Source: a virus (taxonomy: Duplodnaviria > Caudoviricetes). From it: DNA of 64,000 bases. The stretch spans positions 16,556-80,555 of the IMG/VR virus record IMGVR_UViG_3300028482_000001; one strand, 5' to 3'. The notes under the pieces were generated by a model that was given only the letters and a program-made list of their open reading frames with translations, was not told the DNA's origin and did not search any database. The position numbers were made by a program, and so were the translations under genes. Positions 1 through 9,038 of the stretch are shown piece after piece. The number at the start of each line of letters is the position of its first letter. Positions within the stretch are counted from its first letter, which is position 1.

Positions 1-64
1 CTTGTTCGTGGGATACATGGCAAACAAGAAAGTTTTCTTTCATCTACTCATTTAAGGAGGATTT

Positions 65-952
65 ATGGCAAAACAAAAAAAACTAATAATTGAATCTGTT
101 GAAGATAGCACAGAGTTACCAATGGTTTCAGAAATTAAAACTGTTGAATTAATCACTGAAATTGCAGTCGGAAAATTAACATCAAACGCAAAAGAATATA
201 AGGCTGCAATTGAGAAAGAGTTAGAAACATTTTCTATTGAACGTTATTTAAATAATCCTGATGCAGCGAAATCTGACAAAGCATATCTTAATAAATTAAA
301 AGATGAAGTTGCTGAAAAACGAAAAACAGCAACGAAACTTTGGAATTCTCCGTTAGCAGAGTTTGAAAATGAAATGAAAACTCTAGAAAAAACAATAGAT
401 AATGCGTCAAAACAATTAAAAACAATTGTTGACGAAGCTGAAAATAAGGAAAGAGAAATTAAAAAGAAAGAAATTTATGATTATTGGAGTACTTTAGATT
501 TTAAAATTATTTCTCTTGATAAAATTTTTAACGATAAATGGCTAAATAAAACATATTCAATGAAACAAGTAATGTTGGATTGTGAAGCTGCTATAGAAAA
601 ATATACAACAGAGCTTGAAACAATTAAAAATTCTTGTGAAGAAGAAGATCGAGAAATTGGAATGTCATTTTATCTTGAAACATTAAATTTGAATGACACT
701 TTAATAAAATTAAATCAACTTAAAGCAAATAGAGCTGCTTTAAAAGCTGCAGAAGAACAAAAAAAAGAAACTGTAGAAATTAAAACAGAACCTGTTACAG
801 AACAAGTTACTAAAACAAATATTCCACAAAACTCACAACAAATTTCACAGCAAATTGAAGAATACACTTTAAGAATTAAAGGCCCAAGAGAAAAAATGTT
901 TGCTCTTCGTCAATTTATTATTAACTCTGGGTTAGAGTATACAAGATTATAA
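65..952 (+). CDS. DUF1351-like coiled-coil phage protein
   Basis: 295-aa helical/coiled-coil ORF with RBS aaggagg; profile resembles DUF1351 proteins found next to phage recombination genes. Confidence 0.65.
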   Translation: MAKQKKLIIESVEDSTELPMVSEIKTVELITEIAVGKLTSNAKEYKAAIEKELETFSIERYLNNPDAAKSDKAYLNKLKDEVAEKRKTATKLWNSPLAEFENEMKTLEKTIDNASKQLKTIVDEAENKEREIKKKEIYDYWSTLDFKIISLDKIFNDKWLNKTYSMKQVMLDCEAAIEKYTTELETIKNSCEEEDREIGMSFYLETLNLNDTLIKLNQLKANRAALKAAEEQKKETVEIKTEPVTEQVTKTNIPQNSQQISQQIEEYTLRIKGPREKMFALRQFIINSGLEYTRL

Positions 953-990
953 CCACCTATCAAATAGTGTGATAGGTGGTACTATATTAG

Positions 991-1320
991 ATGGTGCTTA
1001 TGGAAATACCTGAGTTTAAAATAATTTTACAAGAGTTAGAAAAAATAAAACAAAATCTCAAGGATTCTGAATATTCTACTGAATGGCAGGCAGAATGGTA
1101 CAACGATGAATCCTGTTGGCTAAAAAAAGGTGGAATGGCTTTATCCACCTATAGATCTAACAGATATTATCAGTGTAAAGGTGGAATCCCTGATGCCTAT
1201 GTAGGTGGTCGTAAAGTATGGAGTAGGGCATCTGTTCAGGAATGGGCGAAATTGACTGATGATAAATTAGAAGAATATCACAAAAAATATAAAACAGGGG
1301 CTAAAAAATGCAAGAATTAG
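991..1320 (+). CDS. Excisionase/AlpA-like DNA-binding protein
   Basis: Short ORF with 'ALSTYRSNRYYQCKGGIPDAYVGGRKVWSRASVQEW', a winged-HTH-like pattern. Confidence 0.45.
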   Translation: MVLMEIPEFKIILQELEKIKQNLKDSEYSTEWQAEWYNDESCWLKKGGMALSTYRSNRYYQCKGGIPDAYVGGRKVWSRASVQEWAKLTDDKLEEYHKKYKTGAKKCKN

Positions 1321-1508
1321 ATTTCCATTCAACACCTGCGATAAAAGTATCTGAAATTGTAATAAAAGGCTCATGTGAAAAATGTGTTTTTTTTGATCAC
1401 GAGAAAACGAAAATTTTCAATAATTATGCATCAAACAAACTTTTTTGGTGTAAAAGATATAAAATGTGGACATGGCCAGATTCAACTTGTAAGTCTTGGG
1501 TAAAATAA
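1308..1508 (+). CDS. Small Cys-containing hypothetical protein
   Basis: CxxC...C...C pattern; overlaps neighbours as in an operon. Confidence 0.5.
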   Translation: MQELDFHSTPAIKVSEIVIKGSCEKCVFFDHEKTKIFNNYASNKLFWCKRYKMWTWPDSTCKSWVK

Positions 1509-1756
1509 TGAATGTATATGAGTTAAAGAAAAAATATTACTTGAATATTCATTCATTATTAAAAAATATAAAAAAAATAAAAAAAAGATACCAAGTTATG
1601 CATTGGTTTTGTAAGCAGGAAAGAAATAATATTTTTTTCATTAAAATCGGCGATGAAATTGAAAAAGCATATTCGATTATAAAAAAGATAAATATAGAAA
1701 ATGAAAAAGACTTAAAAAAACTTAAAAAGCTGCGAAAAGTACAACATAAGTTGTAA
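1508..1756 (+). CDS. Basic hypothetical protein
   Basis: ATG overlaps the upstream stop; followed by a terminator. Confidence 0.5.
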   Translation: MNVYELKKKYYLNIHSLLKNIKKIKKRYQVMHWFCKQERNNIFFIKIGDEIEKAYSIIKKINIENEKDLKKLKKLRKVQHKL

Positions 1757-1780
1757 TATATTTTATATTCTTTCTCCTTG

Positions 1781-1812
1781 GGCAATCCCTGAAATAGGGA
1801 TTGCCTTTTTTT
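1781..1812 (+). terminator. Intrinsic terminator
   Basis: ggcaatccct-gaaat-agggattgcc followed by T7. Confidence 0.85.
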
Positions 1813-2051
1813 ACATTGATTTTCTTAATTTATCAAAAGAATTAACTACAGTTAATACAGAATTCTTAAATTCTTTAGGAAGAAAGAAAAATTTTACAAT
1901 TGTTGACATATAATTTAACATTTTTACACTCCTGTTATTTTATTATAGGATAGTAAAAAAATAAATAATAGATATAAAATTATAAAGGCAATTGTGATTT
2001 ATTGTGTGATTGAATCACAGTTCAAAATTTTCTTCTTCAATAATTTAACTC

Positions 2052-2714
2052 CTATAATTTTCGTTCTTGGATAAATTTTATTAATAATTCCTGTGTTGTT
2101 TCAATATTATTTCTTGTTCTAGCATTTAGTAATTTTTTAGTTACAGTATTGATCGAAAAACCGATGATTTCTTTTTGCTTTCTACCAGCTGCCATTTGTG
2201 ATAATATTTCTATTTCATCTGTAGTAAGGTTTAAAAGTTGTGGGGATATGGAATTTGAAAAAGATGTAAAAATAAAATAATTGAAAATGACATAGTAATA
2301 TGTGGCTCTCGCAATGTGAATTAAGTAATTGACTAGGTGTTGATCATTTACAATGAAAGCTAGTGTAGAAATTACAAAATATCCTGTTAGGATTTTAGTT
2401 TTCCATCGCGGGCGAATAATCGCGATGGCTAAAACAATAAAATAAGCGGTAAAATTATTGAAAAGTAGAGTTCTTTTTAAAATAATAGTTGCAACTAAGA
2501 TATAAGCGTACAAAACATGATATAGACAAAAATATTTTCTTTTCCAAATAAGAATTATCGGAAAGTAAATCGCGTTTACAATAATATACAAAACATTGCT
2601 CATGCTAAAGCCATATACAATATTTTTCCAGGCGTAAAGTACGATGAAAAGTAGGGTTAAAATGCCTGTGTCAAACAATAAAATATCTTTTTTTCGTATT
2701 TTTGAAATATCCAA
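2052..2714 (-). CDS. Membrane-anchored LuxR-family transcriptional regulator
   Basis: About five hydrophobic segments, then 'LTTDEIEILSQMAAGRKQKEI..SINTVTKKLLNARTR' LuxR-type HTH; TTG start. Confidence 0.75.
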   Translation of the reverse strand: MDISKIRKKDILLFDTGILTLLFIVLYAWKNIVYGFSMSNVLYIIVNAIYFPIILIWKRKYFCLYHVLYAYILVATIILKRTLLFNNFTAYFIVLAIAIIRPRWKTKILTGYFVISTLAFIVNDQHLVNYLIHIARATYYYVIFNYFIFTSFSNSISPQLLNLTTDEIEILSQMAAGRKQKEIIGFSINTVTKKLLNARTRNNIETTQELLIKFIQERKL

Positions 2715-2723
2715 TAAAATCTC

Positions 2724-3062
2724 CTATCTATCTATATTTTTCCAATAATTTACTTGCCCGTCAATAAGAACATTAATAGGTTCTCTTTGTTTTTCTGTAA
2801 GAGTAAGCATTTTTTGAACTGATTTTTGAATGTCTTCTGGAAATTCTGTGTTTGGGTTCTCACCAGTTAATAACCATTCCATTGTAACATTCAAATATTT
2901 TGCAATTCTGTATAAATCATCGGATTGAGGAAATACATTTCTTGTTTTCCATCCAGATATTGTACTTGTTGCAAAACCCAACTTATTCAATTCTTTAAGA
3001 GGAACGATAGTTTTAATCCTTTCTAATAAATCCGAAACAGAAATTTCCATAAAAAATACCAT
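2724..3062 (-). CDS. XRE/CI-like HTH repressor
   Basis: 'LGFATSTISGWKTRNVFPQSDDLYRIAKYLNVTMEWLLTG' XRE HTH. Confidence 0.85.
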   Translation of the reverse strand: MVFFMEISVSDLLERIKTIVPLKELNKLGFATSTISGWKTRNVFPQSDDLYRIAKYLNVTMEWLLTGENPNTEFPEDIQKSVQKMLTLTEKQREPINVLIDGQVNYWKNIDR

Positions 3063-3066
3063 GAAA

Positions 3067-3109
3067 TACTAAAAATAGTATTGACAATTACTAATTTTAG
3101 TATTATAAA
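3067..3109 (+). promoter_or_regulatory. Sigma70 promoter overlapped by two palindromic operators
   Basis: TTGACA (3081)-17-TATAAA; palindromes tactaaaaatagta (3067-3080) and tactaattttagta (3089-3102). Confidence 0.7.
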
Positions 3110-3196
3110 TATAACCATAAAGATTAATTTAAGTGTACCACAGGTGCATAAATTAATCAATTCTAAATAAAAGTGTTAAAAATAATACTTTTATAC

Positions 3197-3360
3197 TTGA
3201 CAAATTATTTATTAAGTATTATAAATAATACTCACAGAGTAATGAAGAACGCACACCGCAGTTCTTGATTGCTCTGTCAGGGCAATCACCGATAATGTTG
3301 TAGGTGAAAACCTCTGGCACAAGTCTTTCAGCGGTGAAAAGGCTTGTGCCTTTTTTATTT
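3197..3360 (+). promoter_or_regulatory. Promoter plus structured leader with attenuator
   Basis: TTGACA-17-TATAAA; hairpin 3235-3276; terminator ggcacaagtctttca/tgaaaaggcttgtgcc + T6. Confidence 0.7.
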
Positions 3361-3421
3361 TCCTAGTGAAGTTGCGTGTCGCCAAACTCTTAACTTCACT
3401 AGGACTTAAAGGAGGTGTCTT

Positions 3422-4177
3422 ATGACACCCACAACTACATTATCGGTAAATTTGGAAAATAGTTTACCACAAAATCAAAATCCTGTCCAACAAAATTGGT
3501 ATACAATCGAAGAATTGGCAAGTTTAAGTGGTTTTTCAGTTGAAACATTAAAACACGGAGAAAACAATCTTTCTAGTATTATGCGAATAATGAGTATTAA
3601 CTTTGAAGTTAATACTCGTTTAGGTGGTTATCACAACACAAAGAAATTCTATTCAGAAAATGTATTAAAAGCTCTTAAAGAATATCAGATTAAAAACTCT
3701 ACTCCAAATGCTGTAAAAGAAAAGTCAACTGTTATTGAAGGAAATGTTAATTTCATCCAAACAGACACTTTTAATAAAACAATACAAGGGCTTTTGGATA
3801 ATCCAGATGCTTTATTATGTCTTATAAATGAAAGTTCAAAAAGAATTCAAGCACTTAATACAAAACTCATTGAACAACAACCTAAAGCCGACTACTACGA
3901 CAAATTCATTGACAGCACAAATTTAATAGAAATCGGACATCTTGGAAAATCAACAGGAATTGGCGAACAAAAGATTTTCAAAAGATTAGTTGTAGAAGGA
4001 TATATCAAAGTTAGATATTCAACAGACGGAGTTAAATATTATGACCCTTGCTATGGGTATGAAAAATATTTCAAATCTGTATCTGTTCCTTTTTTACGAG
4101 GTGAAAAACAACTAAACAGAGAAAAGTTAATGCTTACATCAGTGGGAAACAATCAGGATGAACAGAAACAGGAATAG
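3422..4177 (+). CDS. Phage antirepressor (KilAC-like C-terminal domain)
   Basis: 'QQPKADYYDKFIDSTNLIEIGHLGK..GIGEQKIFKRL' antirepressor C-terminal pattern; RBS aaggagg. Confidence 0.75.
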   Translation: MTPTTTLSVNLENSLPQNQNPVQQNWYTIEELASLSGFSVETLKHGENNLSSIMRIMSINFEVNTRLGGYHNTKKFYSENVLKALKEYQIKNSTPNAVKEKSTVIEGNVNFIQTDTFNKTIQGLLDNPDALLCLINESSKRIQALNTKLIEQQPKADYYDKFIDSTNLIEIGHLGKSTGIGEQKIFKRLVVEGYIKVRYSTDGVKYYDPCYGYEKYFKSVSVPFLRGEKQLNREKLMLTSVGNNQDEQKQE

Positions 4178-4299
4178 GTTTTGAACATTCTTTGCAAAAA
4201 TGAATTACTTTTTGATAATTGTCAAAATATTCAAAACCTATTTCTAATTTTTTATTACAATACGGACATTTTAGGGGAGTTTTTAACATAATAAATTCC

Positions 4300-4548
4300 T
4301 TAACTTAGATTATTTTGGAGGTAATTAAGAACATCTTTTTTAGTGATTTCTGGTTCAATTCCTGTAACCAGGAATTCTACAGTAGTACCAAGTGATTGAG
4401 CTATTTTTACTGATGTAATTGCATCAGGGATTGTGTTTCTTCCAATCCAATTTTCAATAGTTCTTTCAGGTAAGTCTAACATAACAGAAAACTGTTTTTG
4501 AGTAATTTTTTTTTCTTTTAGAAGAAATTTAACATTATTCCAAAACAT
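4300..4548 (-). CDS. XRE HTH repressor
   Basis: 'ITQKQFSVMLDLPERTIENWIGRNTIPDA..IAQSLGTTVEFLVTG'. Confidence 0.85.
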   Translation of the reverse strand: MFWNNVKFLLKEKKITQKQFSVMLDLPERTIENWIGRNTIPDAITSVKIAQSLGTTVEFLVTGIEPEITKKDVLNYLQNNLS

Positions 4549-4554
4549 AAAATT

Positions 4555-4633
4555 TACTTAAAAATAAGTATTTTGTGTTGACAAAATACTTAAACAAGAG
4601 TATAAATATAATATAAATACTTAAAAATAAGTA
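4555..4633 (+). promoter_or_regulatory. Promoter with three operator palindromes
   Basis: TTGACA (4578)-17-TATAAA; tacttaaaaataagta at 4555-4570 and 4618-4633, imperfect copy at 4587-4602. Confidence 0.75.
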
Positions 4634-4689
4634 TTTGTAAAAACAGATTGTTAATCTGTAATAAAAAAGGATTGTTAATCCTTCATTAG

Positions 4690-4807
4690 AAAACTTATGC
4701 TAATCTGCACATACATAAGTTTTTTTAAACTTTTATGCCTTATAAGGTTTCCTTGTGCAGAAGCTACACTTGTTGTAGTTTGGAAAATCTTATAGGGCAT
4801 TTTTTTT
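4690..4807 (+). promoter_or_regulatory. Structured leader / attenuator
   Basis: Hairpin 4690-4723; terminator stem 4735-4752/4782-4800 + T-tract. Confidence 0.65.
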
Positions 4808-4868
4808 ACAAAAAAGTCAGAATGAGCCACTCGCCAAAGTTCTTCATTCTGACTTTTGGAGGTTCACC

Positions 4869-5336
4869 ATGCCTACAATTAAAGTATCGGTAAACTCAAA
4901 AAATAGTTTACTACAAATTTCAAATTTTGAAAACTATCAGTTTTCAGAAAAGGAACTTGATCTTTTATCTCCAAAAGAGATAAGTAAAATCTTTAGAAAA
5001 GTAAAAGATTCCCTTCATGATTTAAAACAGGAAAAGACTGAATTTATTGCAACAACAAGAATGATTCCTGGCTCAAACATCTACAACAGAGAAATGGCAG
5101 CATTGAATTTACGCCGCAATAAAATTATGAAAAATTACATGATGCTAGAAAGAAGATTGACTGATGCCACACAGGAATTTCGGGAAAGAATTAGAAATTC
5201 AGAAAACGAAGAATTTCAATTTCTTCTTAAATTTTGGAAAAACGCAAAGAAACTAAACATTGATTTCTTTAATTCAGTTACAGAAGAAACATTAAAAACA
5301 AACGCTTTGCCTGAATCATTAAAAGGAGGGAACTAA
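4869..5336 (+). CDS. Hypothetical coiled-coil protein
   Basis: 155-aa ORF with RBS ggagg; first gene of the operon. Confidence 0.7.
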   Translation: MPTIKVSVNSKNSLLQISNFENYQFSEKELDLLSPKEISKIFRKVKDSLHDLKQEKTEFIATTRMIPGSNIYNREMAALNLRRNKIMKNYMMLERRLTDATQEFRERIRNSENEEFQFLLKFWKNAKKLNIDFFNSVTEETLKTNALPESLKGGN

Positions 5337-5338
5337 CT

Positions 5339-6130
5339 ATGAACGAATTAAAACTAATCAAACAACAAGAAATCTTAGGAAAAGATTTTAAAGTATACGG
5401 AGATGTAGAAAATCCATTTTTCAAAGCATCTGACGTTGCAGAGTGGATTGATTACTCATGGAAAGACAGCAGACAAGTAAACAGAGATGTATCTAAAATG
5501 TTATCTCTTGTTGACGAAGATGAAAAAACAAAATGTACTTTAAGTCTTGGTGGGGAAAACTATTCCCATGGTGGTTTAAGAGAAAATACAGAAATTTGGT
5601 TTTTAACAGAAAACGGTTTATACGAAGTTCTTATGCTTTCAAGAAAACCAATCGCAAAAGCCTTTAAGAAAGAAGTTAAAAAGGTTCTTCATTCTCTTAG
5701 AGTAAATGGCGGCTATATTGCAGGACAAGAACAACTTTCAGAAGATGAAATTATTGCAAATGCTCTAGTAGTTGCTCATAAAATACTTGCTAAAAGAGAA
5801 GCTGCTATCGCAGAGATGAAACCAAAAGTAGACTTCTACAACAAAGTAACAGGTTCACCTGATACTTGCGATATAAAAGAAGTTGCAAAAATTCTTAATT
5901 ATAAGAATATCGGCAGAAACAAACTTTTTGAAATATTGCGAGATGAAAAAATCTTAGACAATCACAATCAACCATATCAGAAATATATTGACGCTGGATA
6001 TTTCAGAGTTATCGAAACAAAGTTTGAAGATAAAGACGGAGATACCCACATCAACCTTAAAACAGTTGTTTTTCAAAAGGGTGTTGATTTTATCAAAAAA
6101 ACATTAGACAAACTTCAAAAGAGAGGGTAA
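5339..6130 (+). CDS. BRO-N + KilAC antirepressor
   Basis: BRO-N 'YGDVENPFFKASDVA..LTENGLYEVLMLSRKPIAKAFKKEV' and KilAC 'PKVDFYNKV..IKEVAKIL..IGRNKLFEILR..TVVFQKG'. Confidence 0.9.
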   Translation: MNELKLIKQQEILGKDFKVYGDVENPFFKASDVAEWIDYSWKDSRQVNRDVSKMLSLVDEDEKTKCTLSLGGENYSHGGLRENTEIWFLTENGLYEVLMLSRKPIAKAFKKEVKKVLHSLRVNGGYIAGQEQLSEDEIIANALVVAHKILAKREAAIAEMKPKVDFYNKVTGSPDTCDIKEVAKILNYKNIGRNKLFEILRDEKILDNHNQPYQKYIDAGYFRVIETKFEDKDGDTHINLKTVVFQKGVDFIKKTLDKLQKRG

Positions 6131-6132
6131 CT

Positions 6133-6897
6133 ATGAACGAATTACAGATTATTGAAAAAGACGGAATTCAAGCAGTTTCTGCTCGTGAATTGTACAAAGG
6201 TTTAGAAATTTCAAAAAGATTTTCTGAATGGTGGAAAACAAATTCTAAAGAATTTGTTGAAAACGAAGATTTTTATGGGGTGTACCTAAAGGTACAGGGC
6301 AACCAATATGGTGGCGAACAAGAAATTCAAGACTATGCAATTTCTATTGATATGGCTAAATCAATCTGTTTAATGTCTAGAACAGAAATTGGTAAAACAT
6401 ATCGCAACTACTTAATCAAACTTGAAAAAGCCTGGAACACACCAGAAGCTGTAATGTCTAGAGCCTTGCAACTTGCAAACCAAACACTTGATAACATCAG
6501 ACATCAAGTAGCAATTATGCAGCCCAAAGCAGTTGTTTATGATGAATTAGTAGACCGTTCTAAGACAATGAACTTTAGAGATATGGCTGCAAAACTGGGT
6601 ATGAAACAAACTGAATTTATGACAATTTTGAAAGCAAAATATGTTTATAAAAATTCTATTGGAGAATACAGAGCAAAAGCAGAATATCAACAATACTTCA
6701 CTTTAAGAACTTTTAACAAATCAACAGACAAAACTGGTGAACAACTTCTATTCAATATGGAAGGGATTACATACTTTATTAACAAGTATAAGGTTGAAAA
6801 AGACACTTGTAAACATTGTGGTGAAAAAGTGCCTGCTGGCCATTACTGTTGTTTACAATGTTGGAACGAATACGAAGGAGGAAAGGAAATTGACTAA
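6133..6897 (+). CDS. AntA/AntB-type antirepressor with KilAC-like C-terminus
   Basis: 'AVSARELYKGLEISKRFSEW..DYAISIDMAKSICLMSRTEIGK' and 'QPKAVVYDEL'. Confidence 0.85.
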   Translation: MNELQIIEKDGIQAVSARELYKGLEISKRFSEWWKTNSKEFVENEDFYGVYLKVQGNQYGGEQEIQDYAISIDMAKSICLMSRTEIGKTYRNYLIKLEKAWNTPEAVMSRALQLANQTLDNIRHQVAIMQPKAVVYDELVDRSKTMNFRDMAAKLGMKQTEFMTILKAKYVYKNSIGEYRAKAEYQQYFTLRTFNKSTDKTGEQLLFNMEGITYFINKYKVEKDTCKHCGEKVPAGHYCCLQCWNEYEGGKEID

Positions 6898-7066
6898 ATA
6901 TGAATATTATATTGCAAAATCGAATGAGTGTAGAAACAAATCAGTTATTTTTACACAAAAAAACGAGCCAAAATTAGCAGAGTTTTATAAAAATGCATCA
7001 GTCGGATTTGAAAAAAAAGCTAAGAGTTTAACAATAAAAGAAGCTAGGAGTTTATATGAATGTTAA
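6890..7066 (+). CDS. Small hypothetical protein
   Basis: TTG start after RBS aagga, overlapping neighbours (3' part of ORF 6737-7066). Confidence 0.55.
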   Translation: MTKYEYYIAKSNECRNKSVIFTQKNEPKLAEFYKNASVGFEKKAKSLTIKEARSLYEC

Positions 7067-8036
7067 AATAACAAAAGTTGATCAAGAAAAAGAGCCTGAA
7101 AAATGGCTTAATTTAAGAAAAACAGGGATTGGGGGATCTGATGCAGGCGCATTAATGGGAATGAATGAATATTCATCTCCATTAACTGTTTATTTGCAAA
7201 AAAAAGGTTTGAATCAAGGAATTGATTCAGAAATTCTTAGATGGGGGCATCTTTTAGAAAATCCAATTAGGGAAGAAGTGGCTACTAAATTTGGTGTAAC
7301 TGTTACAATTCCAGAGGGAATGTATACAAGTGAAGAACATTCTTTCATGAATGCCAATTTAGATGGCTTAGTTGAAGGAACTGTTTCCGTGAAAAATAAA
7401 ACAGTTACAGGATTAGGGGGCTTAGAGATTAAGACCTCGAATGGGCAAGGATTTGGTGAATACGAAATTCCTGATAGTTACTATTGCCAGGTACAGCATT
7501 ATATGGCAGTTACAGGATTAAATTGGTTTTTACTTGCCGCCTTTATGAAAGCATCATGTACAATTCAATATTACATCATTGAAAAAGATGATGAGTTTAT
7601 TGAAAAATTAATAGAAGTTGAAAAAGACTTTTGGGAAAATTATGTACTAAAGGATGTTTTTCCTGCCCCATCTGGTGCTGACAATGAAAATCAATTAATA
7701 AAAAAATTGCCGATTTCTAACAACGTTGAGTTAGATGAATCGTTATTAGAAATAATTGAATATAAAAAAGAATTAGATGAGCAGATTAAAGAGCTCAAAA
7801 AAAATCAAGAAATTGCAAAAAATCAAATATTACTAGCAATGCATAAAGCGAGCAATAGTTCTAATTCTGATAGCAAAAGTGTTGTGGCCGAATTAGGTGA
7901 TTTTAAGATTACGTATTCTACGGTTATTAAAAAATCTGTAGATTCTGACCTTCTTAAAAAAGAAGGTATTTATGACATGTACACTAAAGAAACAAAAACA
8001 AAAACTTTGCTAATAACAAAAAAGAAGGACGTTTAG
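7056..8036 (+). CDS. yqaJ: YqaJ-like viral recombinase exonuclease
   Basis: 'WLNLRKTGIGGSDAG..ANLDG..LEIKT..YYCQVQHYMAVTG' lambda-exonuclease/YqaJ motifs. Confidence 0.92.
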   Translation: MNVKITKVDQEKEPEKWLNLRKTGIGGSDAGALMGMNEYSSPLTVYLQKKGLNQGIDSEILRWGHLLENPIREEVATKFGVTVTIPEGMYTSEEHSFMNANLDGLVEGTVSVKNKTVTGLGGLEIKTSNGQGFGEYEIPDSYYCQVQHYMAVTGLNWFLLAAFMKASCTIQYYIIEKDDEFIEKLIEVEKDFWENYVLKDVFPAPSGADNENQLIKKLPISNNVELDESLLEIIEYKKELDEQIKELKKNQEIAKNQILLAMHKASNSSNSDSKSVVAELGDFKITYSTVIKKSVDSDLLKKEGIYDMYTKETKTKTLLITKKKDV

Positions 8037-8355
8037 AAATAAACGAAGATTATTTTTTACTACTGTTCGTTGAACAGTTTAAAACTATATCGTCGATATG
8101 GTTTTATATCTTGTGGGCAACCGACAAAACAGGTTGCAAGAAAATATATTAATAACCTTGTCCGTATGGACTGGTATTATGTTGGCAACTTACATAAAGT
8201 TGCACGTTGACACTTATTTTATAAATTTGTTTAAATTACCTTTCCGGTGGGTGGGGCGACACATTTACCATAACACACGTGCGAAACGCAAAACCGGTAT
8301 TTTATATCAGGGTGATGAAACCCTGTATTACTTTTAATATGGGAGTAAAAATAAA

Positions 8356-8949
8356 ATGAAATTTCTTTGGTGTGATGTGGAAACAACAGGATTAAATATT
8401 GAAAACGCAGCTCCATTTCAGATAGCATTTATATTTGTATCTACTCAAAACATAGGAGGGAAAAACGTAAAAAGCGAATCTGAAAGAGTATTTTTATTAA
8501 ATTGTCTTGATATGGCACATGTTGAATTTAATGAAGAAGCTGCAAAAATTCATGGAATTTCAAAAGAAACTATACAAAATTATGAAAATTCACACGATGT
8601 TTGCACAAAAATAATGAATTTTCTATCAGATTGTGTAAATTTTAGAGAAGTTGAAAACATGTATTTCTGTGGTTATAACTGTGAATTTGACTGGAATCAT
8701 TTAATTAGTTTGTTTAATCATCATGGAATGGATTTTGGGCAATTTTTTGAAAAACGGTTAGATGTATTTAACCAGGTAAAAAAAGCAGGTGCAAATAAGA
8801 TTTTACCTTATTTGCCAAACAGAAAATTAACTACAATATGTGAGCATTTGAAAATTGATTTAAGCAATGCTCATGATGCATTAGCAGATATTAAGGCAAC
8901 TAGAGATGTTGCAAAAAGCCTTGCTACTTTGGGAGTTCCATTAGAATAA
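8356..8949 (+). CDS. DEDDh 3'-5' exonuclease (DnaQ-like)
   Basis: 'DVETTGL', 'GYNCEFD', 'AHDALADIKAT' Exo I-III motifs. Confidence 0.9.
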   Translation: MKFLWCDVETTGLNIENAAPFQIAFIFVSTQNIGGKNVKSESERVFLLNCLDMAHVEFNEEAAKIHGISKETIQNYENSHDVCTKIMNFLSDCVNFREVENMYFCGYNCEFDWNHLISLFNHHGMDFGQFFEKRLDVFNQVKKAGANKILPYLPNRKLTTICEHLKIDLSNAHDALADIKATRDVAKSLATLGVPLE

Positions 8950-9038
8950 TTTTTTTTATAAGAAAAAAAGTATTAATTTGAATTCCTACTATTGACAAAG
9001 GTATTAAATTGAATTTATAAATATATAAGGAGATTTTT

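Noticed and set aside
952-980. Hairpin accacctatca/tgataggtggt as a terminator
   Set aside because: No U-tract on either strand; may be a processing or stability hairpin
4120-4177. Possible frameshift or truncation at the end of the 3422 antirepressor
   Set aside because: The tail looks atypical but there is no in-window evidence of a continuation frame; cannot be supported without alignments
8098-8428. ORFs 8098-8337 (+) and 8231-8428 (-)
   Set aside because: No RBS or recognisable motif; the region is better explained as structured non-coding sequence
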